Positions 55,071 through 64,000 of a DNA stretch of 64,000 bases are shown in pieces. This DNA comes from Acidobacteriota bacterium (lineage in GTDB: Bacteria; Actinomycetota; Acidimicrobiia; Spongiisociales; ZC4RG35), in contig JACZUI010000007.1 in assembly GCA_022573225.1 (NCBI GenBank), positions 2,183-66,182 of the forward strand, given 5' to 3'. Both the position numbers and the translations under genes were made by a program. Within the stretch, counting starts at the first letter, position 1. Every line of letters begins with the position of its first letter. The notes under the pieces were generated by a model, which did no database searches, was not told the DNA's origin, and was given only the letters and a program-made list of their open reading frames with translations.

Positions 55071-55718
55071 ATGAAACCGGAAGACCCTCGGATCGAGTAT
55101 CTGGCATCCGGATCCGGAGACCCAGAGGGCGAGACCGATCACCTCGACCTCATCCGTGACCTGCTCGATCAGGAGTCAACCTGGGCGGAGCCGCCTCCCG
55201 AAGTCGTGGATGCCTTGATGGCCTCGATTGGCGAGGGCGAACCACCGCAAATCCCCGCGGTAAAACCTCGGAGAAGAGTCAACTGGACGGCCATCGCGGC
55301 GGTTCTGGGTTTGACCGCGATCCTTGTTGCGATGTTGTTGGGTCCGCTGTCCGGGACTGCGCAACCTGTTCCCGAAGCGATCGTTGCCCTGACCGGAACG
55401 GAACTGGCGCCGACATTGGAGGGAAACGCCGCGGTTCGACCCACCGGGTCCGGGTGGTGGATCCGACTTGAGCTGACTGGCCTGCCGCCGGCGCCCGAGG
55501 GCAGCTACTACCAGGGATGGGTTGGCAATCAGGCCGATGCAGTCAGCATCGGCACCTTCCACATGCGTGATGGGGAAGACCCGGTCGTTCTCTGGTCTGG
55601 AGTCAGCCTGATCGACTATCCGTCTCTATTCGTGACCCTCCAGGAAGAGGGCAAGGGCACCCAGCCATCTGATCGGGTGATGTTCGCGGGAGCCATCGAA
55701 GGGCTGGACGAGGGCTGA
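55071..55718 (+). CDS. Anti-sigma factor with an RskA-like extracytoplasmic domain
   Basis: Immediately downstream of the sigma factor. It has a single TM helix, and YYQGWVGNQADAVSIGTF resembles the anti-sigma-K C-terminal domain. Confidence 0.6.
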   Translation: MKPEDPRIEYLASGSGDPEGETDHLDLIRDLLDQESTWAEPPPEVVDALMASIGEGEPPQIPAVKPRRRVNWTAIAAVLGLTAILVAMLLGPLSGTAQPVPEAIVALTGTELAPTLEGNAAVRPTGSGWWIRLELTGLPPAPEGSYYQGWVGNQADAVSIGTFHMRDGEDPVVLWSGVSLIDYPSLFVTLQEEGKGTQPSDRVMFAGAIEGLDEG

Positions 55719-55842
55719 CATCCACTTGAAACGATCAGGCGCGATGTTTGTGGCCTGGGCTCACATGTCCCGGCTACGGTTCAGCCCTCCCGAATGGAGT
55801 TAGTGCCCTCCTCATCCCCAATACTGGTGTTTCGGTGAACCC

Positions 55843-57903
55843 GTGACGGCCCGATTGCAACGTCGGCTTGGCCTGTACGCCGTGTTCACAGTGTCTATCG
55901 GGGCCATGATCGGATCGGGGATCTTCGTCTTGCCGGGCCTGGCCTTCGAGGTTGGGGGTCCCAGCATGATCATCGCCTACGCGCTGGCAGGAGTGATCGT
56001 GTTCCCCGCGGCGCTCGCCCAGTCGGAGATGGCAACCGCTATGCCTCGAGCCGGCGGTGCCTATCTGTACATCGATCTCGCCATGGGACCACTGATGGGC
56101 ACCATCGCCGGGATCGGCGTCTGGTTCTCCCTTGTGTTCAAGTCGGCGTTCGCTCTCGTCGGACTGGGCATCTACCTCGGTTTCTTCACCGACCTGGACC
56201 CGATGATGGTGGGAGTCGCCGTGGGAGCAGGGTTGCTGCTTCTCAATCTGATTGGGATCAAGGAGTCCGGCAATGTTCAGGCTCTCCTGGTGACCCTGGT
56301 CTTTATCGTTCTTTTCATCTTCATCGGAGGCGGAGCGACCTTCGTCGAGAGTGACTTCTATCACCCCTTCCTCACGGCCGACCTTGGTGGTCTTTTCAAG
56401 ACGGCGGCACTCGTCTTCGTCTCGTACGCAGGGGTTACCAACGTGGCCAGCATCGCCGAAGAGGTGTCGAATCCAGCGCGGACCCTCCCTGTCGCGATCA
56501 TCAGTTCGCTTCTCGTGATGATGTTCGTCTACCCGGCCGTCACATATGTCATGGTTGGGATCACGCCGCCGGAGATCCTTTCCGGTGACCTGACACCGAT
56601 GGTGACGGCGAGCGCCCAGGTCTTCCCGGAGTGGATGGTGAATCTGATTGCCGTCATTGGAGTGTTCGCCCTGGCTTCCATGGCCAACGCCGGCCTGCTG
56701 GCGTCGTCTCGATACCCCTTTGCGATGGCGCGCCGTCGTCTTGTCCCATCGATTTTCTCCCATGTTGGGACGCGCTCAGGCACCCCTACGTGGTCGCTGA
56801 TCCTCACCGGCATGCTGTTGATGGGTCTCGTGGCGTTTCTCCCGGTGTTCGATCTGGCGAAACTGGCATCCGCATTTCTTCTGCTCGTCCTGGCGATGAT
56901 CTGCCTGGCTCAGCTCGCTTTCCGCAGTTCGAAACTGTGGTGGTATCGACCCAAGTTCCACGCCCCCGGATACCCGCTGGTGCCCATTTCCGGGGTAATT
57001 GCCTGTCTGGCGCTGATCACTCAACTCGGAACGGAGGCTCTTGTGGGGGCGGGGACGATCATTGTGGGTGGCGCTGTCTGGTATCAGGTATACGGGCGAT
57101 CGCGGGCGATCAAGGAGAGCGCCTTTAGGGAGAGCGTTCGACAGCAGGGAATGTCCCGGCTTCTCGGTCTCATCGAGGAGGCGTTGAACGAAGATTCACG
57201 GCGGGTTGCCGTGGTCTCCAAAAGGGAGCGCAGCGCGACTCCTCTGCTTCGCATCGGTCGACCGTTGGCTGGCTCAGATCGTGAGTCAGAACTGGTCCGG
57301 CTTCTTCAAACGGGCGAAGACTTGGAAGAGAAGATCCTCGAGTACGAGCCCGATCTGGTCATCGGCGCTCAGACCGCGATCGACGGTCGCCATGACGAGC
57401 TACCCGCTGATCGAGACGCTGTGCTGTTCATGGGTGGCGAACTGGGGGAGATACGGCGGATTGCCGTTCTCGGCTCGGGCGGACCGTATGACGTGCTGAA
57501 GATTTGCCTGGCGGCGAAACTAGCCCAGGCGGAAGACGCATCGATTCGTTTCGTCCATGTGCTCGACCCGGCCGTGTCACGGGCCCAGGTCCGTTCCATC
57601 GAGCGGTTCCACGCCGACGTCGGCGAGCTGTGCGGGGTCCCCACCGAGTCAATGGTGATTGAGTCGGAAGACTTGCTCGTTGCCCTGACCTCGGCTGTGG
57701 GTGACGCCGATCTGGCGATCATCGGGGCACCCCGAGGAAGACATTTCTTCACCGACCTGATCGATCGGATCGTCAGTGGGATCGCACCGCCGGTCTTGGT
57801 GGTCCGGGTGGCCGCGAAAGACGAACCAGCCTCATTGCGGAGTTTCTTTGACCGGGTGGTGGCGAGTCGGCTGACCCGCAGCGACGCCACTCACGATAGC
57901 TAG
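55843..57903 (+). CDS. APC-superfamily amino-acid permease fused to tandem universal stress protein (Usp) domains
   Basis: The roughly 430-aa polytopic N-terminus has IGAMIGSGIFVLPG. The roughly 250-aa soluble C-terminus has a Usp-like layout. GTG start. Confidence 0.8.
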   Translation: MTARLQRRLGLYAVFTVSIGAMIGSGIFVLPGLAFEVGGPSMIIAYALAGVIVFPAALAQSEMATAMPRAGGAYLYIDLAMGPLMGTIAGIGVWFSLVFKSAFALVGLGIYLGFFTDLDPMMVGVAVGAGLLLLNLIGIKESGNVQALLVTLVFIVLFIFIGGGATFVESDFYHPFLTADLGGLFKTAALVFVSYAGVTNVASIAEEVSNPARTLPVAIISSLLVMMFVYPAVTYVMVGITPPEILSGDLTPMVTASAQVFPEWMVNLIAVIGVFALASMANAGLLASSRYPFAMARRRLVPSIFSHVGTRSGTPTWSLILTGMLLMGLVAFLPVFDLAKLASAFLLLVLAMICLAQLAFRSSKLWWYRPKFHAPGYPLVPISGVIACLALITQLGTEALVGAGTIIVGGAVWYQVYGRSRAIKESAFRESVRQQGMSRLLGLIEEALNEDSRRVAVVSKRERSATPLLRIGRPLAGSDRESELVRLLQTGEDLEEKILEYEPDLVIGAQTAIDGRHDELPADRDAVLFMGGELGEIRRIAVLGSGGPYDVLKICLAAKLAQAEDASIRFVHVLDPAVSRAQVRSIERFHADVGELCGVPTESMVIESEDLLVALTSAVGDADLAIIGAPRGRHFFTDLIDRIVSGIAPPVLVVRVAAKDEPASLRSFFDRVVASRLTRSDATHDS

Positions 57904-58712
57904 GAACCTCTTCCACCCTGGTTGCTCGCCGGCACGTCTGCGGGAGGCCCGTTTCCGTTTCCGTCAGATGCAGGGTTGCTCTGTCCTGTGATCTCACGGG
58001 CGAGTTGGGATACTCCTTGGTCGAAGTCCTGTGCTGTGAGGTCCGTGCCGGCGATCCACGTCAGCATCTCGGCCACCCGGGACCTGACTTCCATCCCATT
58101 TTCCTCATCCAGATCCATCGCTGCGAGTCGCGAGGCGGCCGAGTGAAGAGCAGCGGCCGCCGCGGTCACGTCTTCGTCTTCGCCACCCGATGCGTCCAGG
58201 GCTTCGGCTGCGTGGGCGAGGGCTTCCGCCGACCGCCCATGGTTGACGAGGGCGCCCGCCTCTAGTAGGCGCTCTCCCAATCCGCCTGCCCCCAATCCGA
58301 CGTTCTCCAGCGCCCGGTCGATTCCGTATAGGGAGTCTCCCGGTGCTGCACCGTTAGACGCAAATGCCACACCGGTCATCCCGACCAGAAGGAGAACAGC
58401 TGCCAGCGCGGTCCCAAATCTGGGCGAGGATGCTAGCCAGCCCCTGCGGCGATGGGCCCGAGCACTGGACGGCTCAGCCGCGCCTGCCGACCTCGTTGAC
58501 TCGAGACGTGCGATCTTCGCTGCTTCTGCGGCATAGCGCTGTGTGTCTGCCTGGCTGGGGTCGTAAGAACCATTCACCCTCAACATCTCTAGAAGCGGGG
58601 CAAGATCGGCCGCTTCCCGGCTGTCGGGATTGCCGCCGGTCAGAAGCAGCTCGATGTCGTGGTCGGAGAACCTGGTTTTCATTTCACTCTCGTAATCGTC
58701 AAAACGGCTCAT
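57900..58712 (-). CDS. Putative anti-sigma factor / DUF5667-like membrane protein
   Basis: Overlaps the upstream ECF sigma gene by 4 nt. It has a single TM helix (ALAAVLLLVGMTGVAFA), and the extracytoplasmic helical region contains PGDSLYGIDRALE. Confidence 0.5.
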   Translation of the reverse strand: MSRFDDYESEMKTRFSDHDIELLLTGGNPDSREAADLAPLLEMLRVNGSYDPSQADTQRYAAEAAKIARLESTRSAGAAEPSSARAHRRRGWLASSPRFGTALAAVLLLVGMTGVAFASNGAAPGDSLYGIDRALENVGLGAGGLGERLLEAGALVNHGRSAEALAHAAEALDASGGEDEDVTAAAAALHSAASRLAAMDLDEENGMEVRSRVAEMLTWIAGTDLTAQDFDQGVSQLAREITGQSNPASDGNGNGPPADVPASNQGGRGS

Positions 58713-59296
58713 TTGGATACGCCCTCCAGGTCGAGCATCCGCCGGAGAGCCAGGAGCCCCCGGCGTTGCAGGGCCTTTACCGCACCAGTGCGTTTGCCCA
58801 TCACGTTGGCCGTTTCTTCGACGGTGAGGTTTGCAATTACCCGAAGGGACAACACGTCGCGCTGCTCTTCGGTGAGAAGACCAAAGGCCTTGCGGATCTC
58901 TTCAGTGACTAGCTGGTCAACGGCCTCGCTCTCAGCGTCGCCACCGGCTGGGTCGACTAGAGCGTCTTCCAGGGAGGTGACCTCAGCTCGCCGACCGGCG
59001 GCTCGGCGTGCATCGATCAGCCGTCGGTGGGCGATCACGAAAACCCACGAGCGAAACGATCCTTCGGACCCCTGGAACGTCTGGAGGTTCCGGGCGACCT
59101 GGAGGAAGGTCTCCCCGGCGAGATCCTCAGGCTCCGGGGCCCCCCGACTCGCCAGATATCCGGTAACCGGGCCCGCTAGGTCTCGGTAGAGGCGGGCCCA
59201 AGCCCACTCGGCTCCTTCCTTGGCCGCTTGAAGGACGCTCTCGAAGCTGTCATCCGGGGACATGTGAAGGTGTTCTCGCATCGGCTTCGGAGTCAA
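58709..59296 (-). CDS. ECF-type RNA polymerase sigma factor
   Basis: Region 2 (EDLAGETFLQVARN...SWVFVIAHRRLIDARR) and region 4 (LTVEETANVMGKRTGAVKALQRRG). Confidence 0.85.
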   Translation of the reverse strand: MTPKPMREHLHMSPDDSFESVLQAAKEGAEWAWARLYRDLAGPVTGYLASRGAPEPEDLAGETFLQVARNLQTFQGSEGSFRSWVFVIAHRRLIDARRAAGRRAEVTSLEDALVDPAGGDAESEAVDQLVTEEIRKAFGLLTEEQRDVLSLRVIANLTVEETANVMGKRTGAVKALQRRGLLALRRMLDLEGVSK

Positions 59297-59522
59297 CCAT
59301 GGTGACCAGCATCCACCAGAGTGTTGACCTGGAAGCCGATGTATCTTGGGGATTGGGGATGAGTCGTGTCACTTGAGGTCGATCTCCATTATCGGACGTC
59401 CCCGCAGATCCCCTAAACGAGATGCGGCAATCTCATCAACCCGACGTACCCCAAAGGACCTCTCTGGCGATAACGAGGGTGAAACTGGAATAGGGTTAGA
59501 TCGGGAACGGAAGGGATAGAGA

Positions 59523-60137
59523 GTGCAGAATCTGAAACGGAAGGGAATCGTGTTGGTGGCCCTTATCGGGCTTCTCGCGACGTCTGGATTGGCATACGCG
59601 GCTCCGACCGAGGGAGATCCGCCGGAGGACACCTCCTTCACTTACGCCTACGACGCTGACCGCCACATTCTGCTGTGGAGCGTCTCCAGCCTCGAGGAAG
59701 CGGCAGGGGTTGGCTGCGCACTTGAGGGCGCATCGCTGGTTTACGGCGTTACTGTCGAAGGTGTGATCTCCGTCGAATACGGAGAGGGTTGTGGGTTGAG
59801 TGGCGCCGAAGTGACGGGACCATCGGGGCAGATCAATCACGGCATGTTCATGAAGCTGTTCAAGTCTCTGTACGAGGGGCATGGACGAGGTTGCCTCAAC
59901 CGATATCTGGCCCAGTCGGGTTTCGGGAAGGACACCCAGAAGATCAGCGTGAGCGACGTCAGCTCTGAATTCGTGTCGGTTGTCGAAGGAGACGGAGCCG
60001 TAGTCGAGTTCACTACATCCCTCGCCGATTGCGAGCACGGCAGCCAGGCAAACGGAGCCGAGGCCGCATCAGAACACGGCGGCCGACCCGAGTCGCCCGG
60101 AAAGTCCGACAGCGCCCCCCCGGGTCGCAGCGAGTAA
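59523..60137 (+). CDS. Secreted protein of unknown function
   Basis: Signal peptide (IVLVALIGLLATSGLAYA), GTG start with a purine-rich SD, and a terminator hairpin downstream. Confidence 0.5.
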   Translation: MQNLKRKGIVLVALIGLLATSGLAYAAPTEGDPPEDTSFTYAYDADRHILLWSVSSLEEAAGVGCALEGASLVYGVTVEGVISVEYGEGCGLSGAEVTGPSGQINHGMFMKLFKSLYEGHGRGCLNRYLAQSGFGKDTQKISVSDVSSEFVSVVEGDGAVVEFTTSLADCEHGSQANGAEAASEHGGRPESPGKSDSAPPGRSE

Positions 60138-60156
60138 CCCATTCCCCTGGCTGGTG

Positions 60157-60190
60157 AACGGGACGGTCCTCACTGGGCCGTCCCGTTTCT
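60157..60190 (+). terminator. Rho-independent terminator-like hairpin
   Basis: AACGGGACGG-(11 nt)-CCGUCCCGUU: a 10-bp stem followed by UCU, 20 nt after the stop at 60137. Confidence 0.55.
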
Positions 60191-60333
60191 AGTCCCCTCT
60201 AAATCGGTGGGTTCGCTCAGGCATGGGGCTTTCCAAGCCAAACTCGGATGTGCTCCGAATCTCAGCTAGAACGGATTCAGAACTGGGACCAACGTGAACG
60301 AATCGATCACCAAGCATCGGCCGTGAGGCGCCA

Positions 60334-60993
60334 TTGCTGCCAGCGACGATTACCACGCCCCTGTCGCTTCCACCGGAGCAGGTAGCCTCGATAGTTCAGG
60401 CTAAGGAGCGGACGCTGACGCCATCGCCGACATCTCGTAGAGCCCAGGCTCTCGGCCTCAACGCCATCCTGGCGAAGGTTGCCGCGGGTGACCGCCAGGC
60501 CTTTGCACAGTTTTACGACGAAATGGCCGGTGCTGTCTTGGGTGTGGTGGTGCGCATCGTTCGCTCCCAGTCCTTGGCCGAGGAGGTGGCCCAGGAGGTG
60601 TTCCTCGAGGTTTGGAGGAAGGCGACCAACTGGCAGCCGGAGCGAGGTGCGGCGGCCACCTGGGTGCTGATGATCGCCCGCGCCCGCGCCATCGATCAGG
60701 TCCGAAGCGAGCAAGCTTCAAAAGACCGGCAAGACCGGGTCACGCCGGGTTGGATCGAACCCGCCTCAGACGATGTTGCTGAGAGAGTGACAGTGAGCGA
60801 TGAGCATTCGGAGGTACGGACGGCCCTGACCAGGCTGAGTGATGCACAACGAGAGGTCATCCGTCTCGCCTTCTACGGGGGAAAGACTTATGTCGAGGTG
60901 GCCAACCACCTGGGCCTGCCGGTAGGGACTGTCAAGACGAGAATGAGAGACGGTTTGATCCGCCTGCGACAGATCTACGGGGTGACGCGATGA
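60334..60993 (+). CDS. sigK: ECF sigma factor, SigK-like (start uncertain)
   Basis: LAKVAAGDRQAFAQFYDE...AEEVAQEVFLEVWRKA is the SigK-type region 2, and the region 4 HTH is YVEVANHLGLPVGTVKTR. It is followed by rskA. Confidence 0.75.
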   Translation: MLPATITTPLSLPPEQVASIVQAKERTLTPSPTSRRAQALGLNAILAKVAAGDRQAFAQFYDEMAGAVLGVVVRIVRSQSLAEEVAQEVFLEVWRKATNWQPERGAAATWVLMIARARAIDQVRSEQASKDRQDRVTPGWIEPASDDVAERVTVSDEHSEVRTALTRLSDAQREVIRLAFYGGKTYVEVANHLGLPVGTVKTRMRDGLIRLRQIYGVTR

Positions 60994-61679
60994 GCCAGAT
61001 CCACGACTTGGCTGCTCCTTACGTCCTCGGTTCGCTCGATGCCGATGAGCGGTTGGCGTTTGAGGAGCATCTCGAATCCTGCCCTGCATGTCAAGGAACT
61101 GTTGCCGAGCTGGGTGATGGGCTGGCTGCGATGGCTTTGGCCGATGCAATTGAGCCGCCCCCGGAGCTTCGCAAAGTAGTTCTCGAGGGAGTTGAGCCGG
61201 CGGGCCCCGAACCCGTTGCCTCCATCCCCAAGAGACGTAGCTGGCTCCGAGTGCTGGCTCCTGTTGCTGCTGTGGCCGCGCTGGTATTGGCGACCGTTTC
61301 CATCTTGAGCGCGGACCCTGTTCAGGAGATTGCCGCCGCTCCCGACGCGATGACAATCGATCTGGTCACAACACAGGCTTACCCGGGCACCCCGCCCTCG
61401 GTGGCCACGGTGGTGTTCTCACCGAGCCTCGAGGCAGCCTTCGTCGATTTCGACGGTTTGGCCCCGCTTGACCTTGACAGGACATATCAGATCTGGCTGA
61501 TCGGTGATAACGACCCGATCCCAGCGGGAATCTTCACTCCTGACCGAAATGGTGTGGCGGAGGTCCCGGTCGATGGACTGGCGACCCCCGACCAGACGCT
61601 GGGCATAACGGAGGAACCGCAGGGAGGCTCGACTGCACCCACCGGAGAGGTGCTATTCGCAGCCGAGTTTTCTCCTTGA
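60990..61679 (+). CDS. rskA: Anti-sigma-K factor RskA (zinc-binding N-terminus)
   Basis: HLESCPACQ ZAS-like motif, a TM helix, and a C-terminal TYQIWLIGDNDPIPAGIF RskA domain. 4-nt overlap with the sigma gene. Confidence 0.75.
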   Translation: MSQIHDLAAPYVLGSLDADERLAFEEHLESCPACQGTVAELGDGLAAMALADAIEPPPELRKVVLEGVEPAGPEPVASIPKRRSWLRVLAPVAAVAALVLATVSILSADPVQEIAAAPDAMTIDLVTTQAYPGTPPSVATVVFSPSLEAAFVDFDGLAPLDLDRTYQIWLIGDNDPIPAGIFTPDRNGVAEVPVDGLATPDQTLGITEEPQGGSTAPTGEVLFAAEFSP

Positions 61680-61786
61680 CGACCGCTTAACCCGCATCCG
61701 GTCAAGGTCTGGCCATGCCCGGAACGGCACATGAACGATTTGTGAACACTGGCCCTCTGCGACGACCGCCCCCTTACGGTTCTGGC

Positions 61787-62491
61787 ATGTCGCTTGTCGG
61801 GTTCTCCGGTCGCCCAGTTCTCGTTGTAGACGACGAGCCGATAGTGCGGGAGGTCATAACCGCCTACCTGACCCGAGATGGTTTTCAGGTCACGGAGGCG
61901 GGGGATGGTCTGTCGGCGCTTCGTCACCTGGAGACCGACCGACCCCACTTGATTGTTCTCGATGTGATGCTCCCGGAGCTGGACGGGCTGTCGGTGCTCT
62001 CCGAGGTCCGAAAACATTCGGACGTGCCCGTCATCCTGCTCACCGCGCGTAGTGAGGAGACCGACCGGGTGCTCGGACTCGAGCTCGGGGCCGATGACTA
62101 TGTGGTCAAGCCGTTCTCTCCCAGGGAGCTGGCGGCCAGGGTACGAGCCGTTCTCAAGAGATCTGACGTCGAGCCTGCGCCCGTCCTTGGAACACTTGAG
62201 TTCGAAGGTCTCCTGATCGACGAGGCAGCGAGGGAGGTAACTGTCGATGGGCGGATCGCGGGCCTGACTCCCAAGGAGTTCGAGCTTCTCGTCTTCCTCG
62301 CGACTTCCCCGCGGCAGGTGTTCTCCAGGGGTCAGCTCCTAGAGCGGGTGTGGGACTCCAACTCCGAATGGCAGGATCCTTCGACCGTCACGGTGCACAT
62401 CCGCCGCATCCGCCAGAAGATCGAGTCCGATCCCGAAAGCCCGCGTTGGCTGACAACGGTGTGGGGCTTTGGCTACAGGTTCGAGCCATGA
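61787..62491 (+). CDS. OmpR-family response regulator
   Basis: Receiver domain (VLVVDDEP, LDVMLPELDG, phosphoacceptor Asp) and a winged-helix output (LTPKEFELL..., TVWGFGYRF). Confidence 0.85.
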   Translation: MSLVGFSGRPVLVVDDEPIVREVITAYLTRDGFQVTEAGDGLSALRHLETDRPHLIVLDVMLPELDGLSVLSEVRKHSDVPVILLTARSEETDRVLGLELGADDYVVKPFSPRELAARVRAVLKRSDVEPAPVLGTLEFEGLLIDEAAREVTVDGRIAGLTPKEFELLVFLATSPRQVFSRGQLLERVWDSNSEWQDPSTVTVHIRRIRQKIESDPESPRWLTTVWGFGYRFEP

Positions 62492-63675
62492 AGGTTGCCA
62501 TTGCCGCAGTGACGCTCGTGGTCGTCGGTCTGGCTGTGTTTGAGCTGATCATGCGTCCGTCTTCTGCCGAGCGGGTCGAGGTGGGGATCATCTTTGGCTT
62601 CATGGCTTTGCTGACCGCTGTCGCAGCGCTTTACCTGCCCCGCTTCGCCAGGCGGGCCCGGACGCTTCGGATCACAGTCGTCTTCCTCTCGGTCGCATCC
62701 TTTCTCATCGTGGTGCTCGGGCTGGTTGCGTCGGCGCAGAGGATGTTTCTCTCAGATCATGACCTGGCGATTCTTCTCGTGTTCGCGGGCTTCGGTGTTT
62801 CCGCTGCTCTGATGTTTGCCATTTTGACCAGCGGTCCCCTGACTTCCGATCTCACCCGGATGGCAGCTACGGCCGGCCGGATCACATCGGGCGATCTGGG
62901 GTCCCGGGCCGAAATCGATCGACTCGATGAGGTTGGTGAGCTTTCCTCCGCGATCGATGTGATGGCAGTCACGCTGCAACGAGCCGAGATCGACCGCGTG
63001 AGAGACGAAGACGCCCGACGAGAGTTCTTTGCGGCAGTAGGCCACGATCTCCGGACCCCGCTCGCATCGCTCCAGGTAGCCGTCGAAGCGATGCAGGACG
63101 GTGTTGCCTCCGAGCCGGACCGATACCTCGATTCGATGGGTCGGGACGTCGAAGCACTGTCACGGCTTGTCGATGACCTATTCCTCCTAGCCCGCCTCGA
63201 GTCGGGTTCCCTTGCTGTGACCCCGGCTCTCATCGATCTCACGGAGATGGCGGACGAGGCCATTGAGGTCCTGGAGCCGATTGCGAGGCGCGCCGACGTG
63301 TCGCTGCGTCTTGATGCAGAGCGGAGGGTGATGGCCGAAGCCGGGCCCGAGGCGGTGATGCGGGTCATGAGGAACCTCCTGGATAACGCCATCCGTCATT
63401 CTCCCGCCGGGGGAGAGGTTGTGGTAACCGTTACCAACGGTTCATCCGCATCGGTCACGGTACGTGACGACGGTCCCGGGTTCTCGGCAGAGTTCGTCGA
63501 TCGCGCCTTCGAGCGATTCAGTCGTGACGACGCCGCCCGGATGAGGGCAACAGGCGGGGCCGGGTTGGGCCTCGCCATCGCCGAAGGGTTTGTGACCGCG
63601 CTCGGGGGCGAGATCTGGGCGGAGCCGGGACCTGGAGGAAAGGTCGCCTTCCTGCTTCCAAAACATCGGTCGTAG
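62488..63675 (+). CDS. Sensor histidine kinase (HAMP-HisKA-HATPase_c)
   Basis: Two TM helices, a HAMP domain, the H-box FFAAVGHDLRTPL, the N-box NLLDNAIRHS, and G-boxes DDGPGF and GGAGLGLAI. ATGA overlap with the regulator stop. Confidence 0.85.
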   Translation: MKVAIAAVTLVVVGLAVFELIMRPSSAERVEVGIIFGFMALLTAVAALYLPRFARRARTLRITVVFLSVASFLIVVLGLVASAQRMFLSDHDLAILLVFAGFGVSAALMFAILTSGPLTSDLTRMAATAGRITSGDLGSRAEIDRLDEVGELSSAIDVMAVTLQRAEIDRVRDEDARREFFAAVGHDLRTPLASLQVAVEAMQDGVASEPDRYLDSMGRDVEALSRLVDDLFLLARLESGSLAVTPALIDLTEMADEAIEVLEPIARRADVSLRLDAERRVMAEAGPEAVMRVMRNLLDNAIRHSPAGGEVVVTVTNGSSASVTVRDDGPGFSAEFVDRAFERFSRDDAARMRATGGAGLGLAIAEGFVTALGGEIWAEPGPGGKVAFLLPKHRS

Positions 63676-63727
63676 GGGCCAAGCAAGGGCCGTCTAGTTG
63701 GAATCCGGGCTCGGATCTCCGGGTCGC

Positions 63728-64000
63728 TTATTCGGTGATGTCAGTCAGGAACCGATCGGCTTGACTTATCTCCCTCAAAGACCTCAGATCGGCAAACACG
63801 GTCAAGGCCCCGGCGGCAAGATGTCGTGCGTCGTCAACGTCGCCGCTGGTCTTGTGGACCCGGGCAAGGGCAAGGTTGGTTCGTGCCACCTCCCAGGGGA
63901 CCTTGGTCTTCTCAAATCCGCTTCTTGCCTTCTGGAGCAGACTCAACGCCGTGTCGAGATCACCCTGCTTGTCTGCCATCGCGCCTTGGAGACGGTCGTA
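63728..64000 (-). CDS. C-terminal TPR-like end of a larger protein (runs off the window)
   Basis: The open frame continues to the window edge. The helical repeats (LDTALSLLQKA..., ARTNLALARVH...) are typical of the TPR tails of large LuxR/AfsR-type regulators. Confidence 0.45.
   Translation of the reverse strand, partial: YDRLQGAMADKQGDLDTALSLLQKARSGFEKTKVPWEVARTNLALARVHKTSGDVDDARHLAAGALTVFADLRSLREISQADRFLTDITE

Noticed and set aside
55774-56763. 329-aa ORF on the - strand
   Set aside because: It is antisense to the APC permease. Its highly charged, His/Arg/Asp-rich composition is not protein-like.

Overview
High-GC, gene-dense chromosomal segment with about 70 protein genes. I saw no rRNA, tRNA, CRISPR array or intact mobile element. 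The gene content looks like Actinomycetota (DUF222-HNH protein, many F420-type enzymes, SigK/RskA, LtrA paralogues); Acidimicrobiia is only a guess. Main blocks, in order:
- 1-7 kb: membrane proteins, a DUF222/HNH gene, a PhyH dioxygenase, a DEAD-box helicase fused to an RRM, a nagB-like gene and deoC.
- 7.2-15.7 kb, minus strand: a complete trpE-G-D-C-F-B-A operon, extended by a DAHP synthase and a NiCoT Ni/Co transporter. It is preceded by a hidden 17-codon leader peptide with three tandem Trp codons and a terminator hairpin, which is a classical attenuator.
- 15.8-20.2 kb: F420-type enzymes, an aminotransferase and LtrA.
- 20.2-26.6 kb: a SAM-I-type riboswitch followed by tightly packed metH, an MTHFR-like gene, a MerB-like gene, a SAM methyltransferase and a lipoprotein.
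- 26.7-39.6 kb: an acyl-ACP desaturase, an NMT1-type ABC transporter, beta-ureidopropionase, dihydropyrimidinase, an FGE-like gene, an epoxide hydrolase, an adenylate cyclase and mmsA.
- 40-51 kb: a GATase, F420 enzymes, a frameshifted RraA-like pseudogene, a DsrE-like gene, a Rieske oxygenase, OsmC, an M1 peptidase and a second LtrA.
- 51-64 kb: a CGNR regulator, queG, three ECF sigma/anti-sigma pairs, an APC-Usp permease and a two-component system.
Most interesting: two genes (MerB-like at 24692-25345 and DsrE-like at 42882-43244) each contain an in-frame TGA exactly where the family has a conserved Cys. In both the frame stays open and coding-like after the TGA, and a stem-loop follows with G and U in the apical loop about 23-25 nt from the UGA. 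These are candidate selenocysteine codons with bacterial SECIS elements that ORF callers would truncate. The MerB-like candidate sits in a SAM-riboswitch-led methyl-cycle operon rather than a mer operon. Every homology call is by-eye motif recognition. No database search was possible.
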